From the NCBI GenBank assembly GCA_963666275.2, contig CAXXOA010000001.1, forward strand, positions 2,304,001-2,368,000: a stretch of 64,000 nucleotides of DNA, given 5' to 3'. Under the pieces are notes generated by a model. It saw only the letters and a program-made list of their open reading frames with translations, was not told where the DNA came from and did no database searches. Source of the DNA: Oceanispirochaeta sp. (GTDB taxonomy: Bacteria > Spirochaetota > Spirochaetia > DSM-2461). The position numbers and the translations under genes were made by a program. Below, in pieces: positions 57,829 through 64,000 of this stretch; positions within the stretch are counted from its first letter, which is position 1, and each line of letters begins with the position of its first letter.

Positions 57829-58455
57829 TCACGAGGCAATCAAACCCTTCAGCTGACTGGCAAGGGGTGCAAAGAATCTGTCCATCATCTCTTTTTCAGA
57901 GGGGAAGGTTTCCCGGGGATCCTGGAAGACAGCGCAGCAGCATCTGCCCAGTTCAGACAGGTACATTTTCAGAACCTCTTCAAGCATAAAGAAAATAAGG
58001 TCTTCCAGAGTATCTTCTCCGGATATATGACCTTTTCTGACAGCCTGATTCTTCAGCAGACATATGATGTTGCTGTTCAGAGTTCCGAGCCCCTTCAGGA
58101 CATCTTCCGTACTCTGTCCTTCCATCTCCAGTAAATCCATCAGATATGCCACTGTACCGGTATTGCTGCGGCAGTAACGGTAGAACATGATGAGAACCAT
58201 TTTCATGGAATGCAGAAAATCCCTGTCCGAACGGTCCAGATTGACAAGAGTATTTTCCGCTGAAATTAAAATGGCTGAAATGAGTTCCGCGGGAACCGGC
58301 AGGTCATTGCTGTTTTTTTTCACAAAAAACACAGCCGGACGAAAGTTTAGCGCCGATCGCGGCTGCTGCAGAAAGATATTCCTGTCGTAGTCCTGCATAC
58401 CTGCTTTATCAGCATCCGGAAACATCCTGTAAATTTTAGCCTGCATACGCCCCAC
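57829..58455 (-). CDS. Hypothetical protein
   Basis: 208-aa helical ORF filling the gap; no recognised motif. Confidence 0.55.
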   Translation of the reverse strand: MGRMQAKIYRMFPDADKAGMQDYDRNIFLQQPRSALNFRPAVFFVKKNSNDLPVPAELISAILISAENTLVNLDRSDRDFLHSMKMVLIMFYRYCRSNTGTVAYLMDLLEMEGQSTEDVLKGLGTLNSNIICLLKNQAVRKGHISGEDTLEDLIFFMLEEVLKMYLSELGRCCCAVFQDPRETFPSEKEMMDRFFAPLASQLKGLIAS

Positions 58456-58487
58456 TCCCCTTTTCTGTTATTAATAGTATGCCGTCA

Positions 58488-58551
58488 TCTTCACACAATT
58501 TCCACATAAAACACACGTATTCTTTTATTTTCACATAACTTCTTCACATAA
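58488..58551. repeat. Four 11-bp direct repeats (consensus TYTTCACATAA)
   Basis: TCTTCACACAA 58488, TTTCCACATAA 58499, TTTTCACATAA 58528, TCTTCACATAA 58541. Confidence 0.55.
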
Positions 58552-58557
58552 AAGGAG

Positions 58558-58598
58558 AAAAAAAAGGAGAAATCCCGGATTTACCGTGAATTTCTCCT
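58558..58598 (-). terminator. Intrinsic terminator after fprA
   Basis: AGGAGAAAT ... ATTTCTCCT stem with a T-run on the minus strand. Confidence 0.65.
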
Positions 58599-58640
58599 AT
58601 TATCAATCAAAAGATTACTGATGAATCAGGGGGTGCCCTT

Positions 58641-59873
58641 TCAGTCGCACTCTCCGCCGGCAAACTGTTTCACAAGCCGGGCCAGTTCCTGACCTCTTTC
58701 AAAAGCCTTTTTCTTCTCTTCCTCTCCGGGAGCGCCCTGCCATTCCACAGACTCAAGGAATTCCCAGTTCAGTTTCTCTGTAGAAACACCCAGTTCCTTT
58801 TCCGCCCCTCCGGACCATCCGAAGGAACCGAACCGGAAGGCCTTCTTGTTCTGAACCTTCTTTCTGTTGAAGTCATCGATCACATGAGCCATAGGAGGAA
58901 ACATCTGGTACTCATAGGTGGGCATCCCCAGGACAATACCTGCAGAACGCCAGGCATCGGCAAGGATGAAGCCGATATCGTCTTCAGGAACCCGGTACTG
59001 ATGGACAGGAACTTTTTCGCTCCTGATCCCTTTGATTACCTCTGTAACCACCTGCTGGGTATTCCCGTACATGCTTCCCCAGATCACGGTTATTTCAGGA
59101 CAGGCCGGCCCTTTCAGATAAGAGGCATACCTGGCATATCGCTCAACAATGATGGAAGGATTTTCCCGCCAGATGATTCCGTGAGAGGGGGCTATCATCT
59201 TGATTTCCAGTCCCTCAAGCTTTTTCAGACCCCGTTCAACAAAGACAGAAAAGGAAGCCACAATATTGGCATAGTAGCGCAGCGCTTCCTTTTCAAAAAA
59301 GGCATGTTCATCATCCGAAAGCTGATCATCAAAAACAGCGTCATTCACGCTTCCGTAGGAACCGAAAGCATCGCAGGAAAACAGAATTTTCTGACTCTGT
59401 TCATAGGTCATCATTGTTTCAGGCCAGTGAATATTGGGGGTTTCAAAAAACTGAAGGACCTTGCCGCCTCCCAGATCCAGGGTTTCCCCGTCTTCGATGG
59501 CATGGACATTCTCCTCCACGCCGGAAAACTCTTTTACAAGAGGAACAGCTTTTTTGGAACAGTACACTTCCATATGGGGATTTTTCTTTCTGAAATCCCT
59601 GAGCCAGCCCGAATGGTCCGGTTCCATATGGTTTACAATAATATAGTCAATGTTCTCAAAGCTCACATCCAGTTCTTCCATCTGGGCTGTGATACTCCCG
59701 GGAAAATCATCTTTATCCTGGGTAAGATCAATGACAGCGGTCTTGTCACCCTTCACTACATACGAGTTAATAGACGTTCCGTCGGGTATGGACCAGATTC
59801 CTTCAAAGAGATTTCCCGGTTCAATATTTACACCCAAGCGGTATATGCCATCGGCCATTTTTACTGATTTCAT
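58641..59873 (-). CDS. fprA: FprA family flavodiiron protein
   Basis: NHMEPDHSG, HWPE, SCDAFG and PSHG diiron ligands; flavodoxin SMYGNT, GSFGWSG. Confidence 0.93.
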   Translation of the reverse strand: MKSVKMADGIYRLGVNIEPGNLFEGIWSIPDGTSINSYVVKGDKTAVIDLTQDKDDFPGSITAQMEELDVSFENIDYIIVNHMEPDHSGWLRDFRKKNPHMEVYCSKKAVPLVKEFSGVEENVHAIEDGETLDLGGGKVLQFFETPNIHWPETMMTYEQSQKILFSCDAFGSYGSVNDAVFDDQLSDDEHAFFEKEALRYYANIVASFSVFVERGLKKLEGLEIKMIAPSHGIIWRENPSIIVERYARYASYLKGPACPEITVIWGSMYGNTQQVVTEVIKGIRSEKVPVHQYRVPEDDIGFILADAWRSAGIVLGMPTYEYQMFPPMAHVIDDFNRKKVQNKKAFRFGSFGWSGGAEKELGVSTEKLNWEFLESVEWQGAPGEEEKKKAFERGQELARLVKQFAGGECD

Positions 59874-59945
59874 CGCATCACTCCTTCCTGAGATTCAAAT
59901 CTATTATTTAATACTTCACCACTATAATATAGGAGAATATTTTAC

Positions 59946-60440
59946 TCAATTCAATTTATCACCTGCTTTTGCTTTACGGAACTGCTCTTCGACCATCATC
60001 TGACGGAGAGTCCTGTCAAAGGCATTGGCAAAAGCTTTTGTCTCCCGGGGGCCGAAATTGCCTGATTTTTCATCACCCAGCCCCGCCTCACGAAGCATCT
60101 GGTTGAAATCTCTCTCAGCCAGTCTTTCCCGGACATTTTCCCTGTTATAGACGACGCCCCGGTCGTTCAGAACCGGGATATTCCTGTCGACCAGTTCTGC
60201 CGCCAGGGGAATATCCCTTGTAATGACCAGATCATGGATATCAGCATTTTCAATGATATACCGGTCAGCACTCCCTTCCTCCCGGGAGGTTATGATCTGA
60301 CGGATCCGGTCTGCTTTCCTGTTCAGGGGGAGGCTCCGGTTGGCCACAAAGTTTAAAAGGATGCCCTCCCGTATGCAGGCCCGGCAGAGGATATCCCGGA
60401 CCGGCCGGGGACAGGAGTCTCCGTCAACCCAGACTGTCAC
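59946..60440 (-). CDS. YaiI/YqxD (DUF188) family protein
   Basis: VDGDSCP, ADRYI, VITRDIPLA, FANAFDR. Confidence 0.92.
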   Translation of the reverse strand: MTVWVDGDSCPRPVRDILCRACIREGILLNFVANRSLPLNRKADRIRQIITSREEGSADRYIIENADIHDLVITRDIPLAAELVDRNIPVLNDRGVVYNRENVRERLAERDFNQMLREAGLGDEKSGNFGPRETKAFANAFDRTLRQMMVEEQFRKAKAGDKLN

Positions 60441-61651
60441 TCGGGCACCGCCCGGGCTATAAAAGCTTCAGCCTCGCCCTCCCGGGAACTGAGATTGATG
60501 CCCCTCCCGCCGGAAGGGATGAAACATGACTCCCCTTTTGACAGCTCCAGAACCGATTCATGATCCCGGACGGTCAGGGATCCTCTGACCACCACAAGAA
60601 TGGAAACAGGATACCCTGCCTCCAGATGGAGAGCGGAAACTTTCCTGTCCAGCTTTACCGATACAAGCTGAAACTCTCCGGATGGAGTGGGATACAGGGA
60701 TGTTCCGTCGGGAAGTATCCGGGAGCGGAGAATTTCCGGAGCCCCTGAAGAGAAGGTCAGGGTCTTCATAAGTTCGTCCACATCCATATATTTGGGAGTG
60801 AGTCCTCCTCTGAGAACATTGTCAGAGTTCGCCATAAGTTCCACACCGAATCCCTTCAGATAGGCATGAAGCTCCCCTGCCGGCAGAAACAGGGCTTCTC
60901 CCGGCTGAAGGCAGAGTGTATTCAGATACAGAGGCGCCAGGATCCCGATATCCCCGGGATACTTCTCCTGAAGAGCCAGGACCCATCGGGCAGCGTCGTC
61001 TTCCTGTCCATCACACCAGCTCAGAGCAGCAGTCAGCAGGGGCACTTTCTCCCTCTCTTCCAGGTTCATGAGGGAACTGAAAAAGGTCCTGAGAAACCCT
61101 TCGTTATTTTCACTGTCCTCAGGAAGAAGAGCCGCAGAAAGAGAAGACGGCAGCCAGGGAAGGAAGAAATTCCGGATTTCTTCGGGATCCCGGAACCCTT
61201 TCATTGCCCAGTAGGGGGTGAGTGCACAGATAATCTCTGGTTTATGGTTATCGTCCTTGTAGTTTCTGTTGAATCCGTCCAGAGGAATTCCCATGGCATT
61301 TTCCCTGGCAAATCCCTCTTCCGCCTGCTCTTTGCTGGGATGGGCCTGAATGGAGAGAGGCTCTCCCGCAGCCAGCAGTTTAAAGAGAAAGGGAAGGTTG
61401 CCGAATTTCCTGTTCAGGGATTTTCCGATGAATCTCTCCGGATCAGCCTGAATGAGATCCGACAGAGGGGTCTGTTTCCCTCCGGAAAGATCAACGATAG
61501 ACCCTCCCCGGGGATGAACTCCCATCCATAATTCTGCCAGAGGGCCTTTCTGATCAGTTCCGATAAGCTCCTGGAGATACTCTTTTGATCCCCAGGCGTA
61601 GTCCTGTATGGTATTGAACATTTTCAGTATCATACTTTCTATTATAATCAA
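60437..61651 (-). CDS. manA: Mannose-6-phosphate isomerase, class I
   Basis: YAWGS, ELWMGVHP, LSIQAHP, DDNHKPE, HAYL, ANSDNVLRGGLT; exact start uncertain. Confidence 0.95.
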   Translation of the reverse strand: MIIIESMILKMFNTIQDYAWGSKEYLQELIGTDQKGPLAELWMGVHPRGGSIVDLSGGKQTPLSDLIQADPERFIGKSLNRKFGNLPFLFKLLAAGEPLSIQAHPSKEQAEEGFARENAMGIPLDGFNRNYKDDNHKPEIICALTPYWAMKGFRDPEEIRNFFLPWLPSSLSAALLPEDSENNEGFLRTFFSSLMNLEEREKVPLLTAALSWCDGQEDDAARWVLALQEKYPGDIGILAPLYLNTLCLQPGEALFLPAGELHAYLKGFGVELMANSDNVLRGGLTPKYMDVDELMKTLTFSSGAPEILRSRILPDGTSLYPTPSGEFQLVSVKLDRKVSALHLEAGYPVSILVVVRGSLTVRDHESVLELSKGESCFIPSGGRGINLSSREGEAEAFIARAVPE

Positions 61652-61714
61652 ATGTGAGATTCTGACAAACCGTCGGTAATTTCGCTCCGCAGATAGCCTG
61701 AGTATCCTAAAAAA

Positions 61715-62737
61715 TCAGACAGAGTCCCCTTCCACAAGCCGGGGAAGAATCGTCCGGCTTCTGGGATCCCCCTCTTGGCCGTCGCTTTTCAGTATTTCAA
61801 GCAGCATACTTACACATTCCCTGTACAGAACCGCCGGCCTGAGATCAACAGAGGCCAGGCTAAAGGGCAGCACATAGTTGAAAGGCATGTTGTCGTAGCC
61901 GATAAGTCCCACATCCCGTCCTGGCTTTATTCCCCGGTCCAGGAGGCACTGGATCACACCAACCGCAGTCATATCATTGACAATTCCCAGAGAGTCCACC
62001 TCTCCCTTCCGGATAGAATCGATAAGGGTCTCCGCGGCTTCATACCCCCCCTTCTTACCGGGTTCACTCAATAGAAGGGGAACCTCCCGTGAATCACCAT
62101 AGGCATTCTGAAACCCCTCATAGCGCTGCCTGCTTGAAAGGATAAGCTCCGGCAGGTATGAGATATAAACAGGTTTTTCATACCCCTCTGACTTCAGATA
62201 GGCACCAGCCAGCTCCCCGCCGGCGGTGTTGTCGGTTGAACAGCGGTTGCAACCCCTATAGTCCATTGTGTGGTGACCGATTACAGTGGGGACTGAACAG
62301 GAGGCCACAGCTTCGGCTTCCCGGGGATCATCAATATCAAAGAAAATAATCCCGTCACACTCTTTCTCCCAGGAGACGGAAGAGATTTCCTCTGCCGAAT
62401 GGAGAGATTTCAGATTCAGACGGTACATGGAATCTTCCACCACATCCAGTATGCCCTGCAGAACATCTGTAAAGAACCATTTGGCTCCGGGAAAATCTCC
62501 CCAGTACCAGGGGCGGTCCTTTTTTCTGATGCTCACCAGAGAGATCTGCCCGGTCCCCTTCCGTCTGAGGGCACTGGCCGATTTGTCCGGAGAGTACCCC
62601 AGCTGCCTGGCAGCTTTCAGTACCGCCTCTCTTCTGGCGGGAGAGACTTTTTCCGGCGTGTTATAGACCCTTGAAACCGTTGCGCTTGAGACACCGGCCA
62701 GACTGGCCACCCGGTCCCGGGTATTTTTACTGCTCAT
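61715..62737 (-). CDS. LacI family transcriptional regulator
   Basis: VASLAGVSSATVSRV HTH, LGYSP, sugar-binding domain with GYDN. Confidence 0.93.
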   Translation of the reverse strand: MSSKNTRDRVASLAGVSSATVSRVYNTPEKVSPARREAVLKAARQLGYSPDKSASALRRKGTGQISLVSIRKKDRPWYWGDFPGAKWFFTDVLQGILDVVEDSMYRLNLKSLHSAEEISSVSWEKECDGIIFFDIDDPREAEAVASCSVPTVIGHHTMDYRGCNRCSTDNTAGGELAGAYLKSEGYEKPVYISYLPELILSSRQRYEGFQNAYGDSREVPLLLSEPGKKGGYEAAETLIDSIRKGEVDSLGIVNDMTAVGVIQCLLDRGIKPGRDVGLIGYDNMPFNYVLPFSLASVDLRPAVLYRECVSMLLEILKSDGQEGDPRSRTILPRLVEGDSV

Positions 62738-62751
62738 ACCTTATTCTATCC

Positions 62752-62791
62752 TTGACAAACCTGATTGCCAATAGTATTGTACTCGTGTACA
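62752..62791 (+). promoter_or_regulatory. galT promoter with overlapping LacI-type operator TGTACTCGTGTACA
   Basis: TTGACA (62752)-17 bp-TATTGT (62775); CG-centred palindrome at 62778-62791. Confidence 0.7.
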
Positions 62792-62894
62792 TATTTATAT
62801 TCAACTACCTGTTTCCTCAGCAGGTTGCAAGTTCTTAACAATAAAGCTTTCAATGCCGGGGAAAATTCATAAAGCTTTTAGATGGAGGAAGAAA

Positions 62895-63956
62895 ATGGAA
62901 AAAACCGATCTGCAGGAACACCCCCATAGAAGATACAATCCCCTGACGGGAGAATGGATTAAAGTCTCTCCCCACAGGACAAAACGCCCCTGGAACGGCC
63001 AGGTGGAAAAACCCATGCTGGAAAAGAAGCCCCCCTACGATCCGGGATGCTATCTCTGTCCGGAAAATGAAAGAGCCGGAGGGCATAAAAACCCCGGTTA
63101 TACAGGAACATTTGTCTTTGACAATGATTTTGCCGCCCTTCTGGAGGACACTCCGGAAGGAAGTTTCAAAGAGGGTGATCTCTTTCAGGCCAGAAGCGAA
63201 CGGGGGATCTGCCGGGTGATCTGCTTCTCTCCCCGTCATGACCTGACCCTGTCCCTGATGGAAGTCCCTCAGATAGAAGGAGTTGTGAAAACCTGGCAGC
63301 AGGAGTACAGCGATCTGGGAAGCCGGGATTTCATCAATCATGTCCAGATTTTTGAAAACAGGGGCGCTGTGATGGGCTGTTCCAATCCCCATCCCCACGG
63401 CCAGATCTGGGCGGAGGAGATTATTCCTGATATCCCCGCAGCGGAAGGCGGCAATCAGAAAAAATATCTTGAAAAAAACGGCATTCCTCTTCTGGAGGAG
63501 TATGTGAAAAAAGAGATGGAATCCGGTGAAAGGATTATTTTTTCCAACGACAGTTTTGCCGCACTTGTTCCCTTCTGGGCGGTCTGGCCCTATGAGGCGA
63601 TGATCCTCCCCCTCTCCCCCCTCAGCTCAATCGATAGGATGAATGCCAAACAGGTCACAGATCTGGCGGATGCCCTGAAACGGATGGGAACCCGATTCGA
63701 CAATCTTTTCCAGACCAGCTTTCCCTACTCCATGGGAATTCATCAGGCCCCTACGGACGGAAAGGAGCACCCGGAGTGGACAATGCATATTCACTACTAC
63801 CCGCCTCTGCTCCGCAGCGCCACTGTCAAAAAATTTATGGTGGGATATGAAATGCTGGGTATGCCCCAGAGGGATATTACAGCCGAAGGAAGTGCTCAAA
63901 GCCTGAGGAACTGCCCGGAAGAGCACTACACCACAACTCTGGAGAACAGCAAATGA
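62895..63956 (+). CDS. galT: Galactose-1-phosphate uridylyltransferase
   Basis: HPHRRYNPL, CYLCP, FENRG..MGCSNPHPHGQ, KFMVGYE; start at ATG 62895 after GGAGG. Confidence 0.97.
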   Translation: MEKTDLQEHPHRRYNPLTGEWIKVSPHRTKRPWNGQVEKPMLEKKPPYDPGCYLCPENERAGGHKNPGYTGTFVFDNDFAALLEDTPEGSFKEGDLFQARSERGICRVICFSPRHDLTLSLMEVPQIEGVVKTWQQEYSDLGSRDFINHVQIFENRGAVMGCSNPHPHGQIWAEEIIPDIPAAEGGNQKKYLEKNGIPLLEEYVKKEMESGERIIFSNDSFAALVPFWAVWPYEAMILPLSPLSSIDRMNAKQVTDLADALKRMGTRFDNLFQTSFPYSMGIHQAPTDGKEHPEWTMHIHYYPPLLRSATVKKFMVGYEMLGMPQRDITAEGSAQSLRNCPEEHYTTTLENSK

Positions 63957-64000
63957 AGAGCACTCAGATAATAAGCCGTCTGAATGAGGGCAAACTCAAT
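63953..64000 (+). CDS. Start of the next coupled gene (possibly galactokinase; too short to identify)
   Basis: ATGA overlap with the galT stop; open frame MKSTQIISRLNEGKLN runs to the window edge. Confidence 0.4.
   Translation, partial: MKSTQIISRLNEGKLN

Noticed and set aside
58488..58551. Repeats as DnaA boxes or oriC
   Set aside because: The consensus differs from TTATNCACA and there is no dnaA/dnaN context.

Overview
Gene-dense chromosomal segment of a free-living spirochete (class Spirochaetia; inferred from cfpA, the spirochete-type folP-cdaA-cdaR-acpS-DUF2225-truA-UDG-priA-def-fmt-PASTA gene run and lipoprotein signal peptides). It holds about 55 CDS, mostly on the minus strand: two lipoprotein hydrolases, an ArsR/ArsP-like module with two operator palindromes, gltBD preceded by a LoaP antiterminator, cmoAB, djlA, ilvBN, parE/parC, fprA, manA and a LacI-galT sugar locus. 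I saw no rRNA, tRNA, CRISPR array, transposase or prophage. The most interesting feature is the cfpA operon (31711-37262). The cytoplasmic filament gene is followed by a 'hypothetical' protein whose C-terminal domain aligns by eye to HPr, including the His15-equivalent. Next comes a PPDK homologue that has lost the ATP/Pi-site residues but keeps the phospho-His and the whole PEP site. Together these suggest a PPDK-derived, Enzyme I-like PEP->His->HPr phosphorelay tied to the spirochete cytoskeleton. Directly upstream lies a bitopic membrane protein with an apparently circularly permuted LysM domain, a candidate filament anchor. Secondary findings include a candidate sRNA with an anti-SD loop, a cluster of REP-like repeats, and several apparent pseudo-enzymes. 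All protein assignments come from motif recognition by eye; no searches were run.
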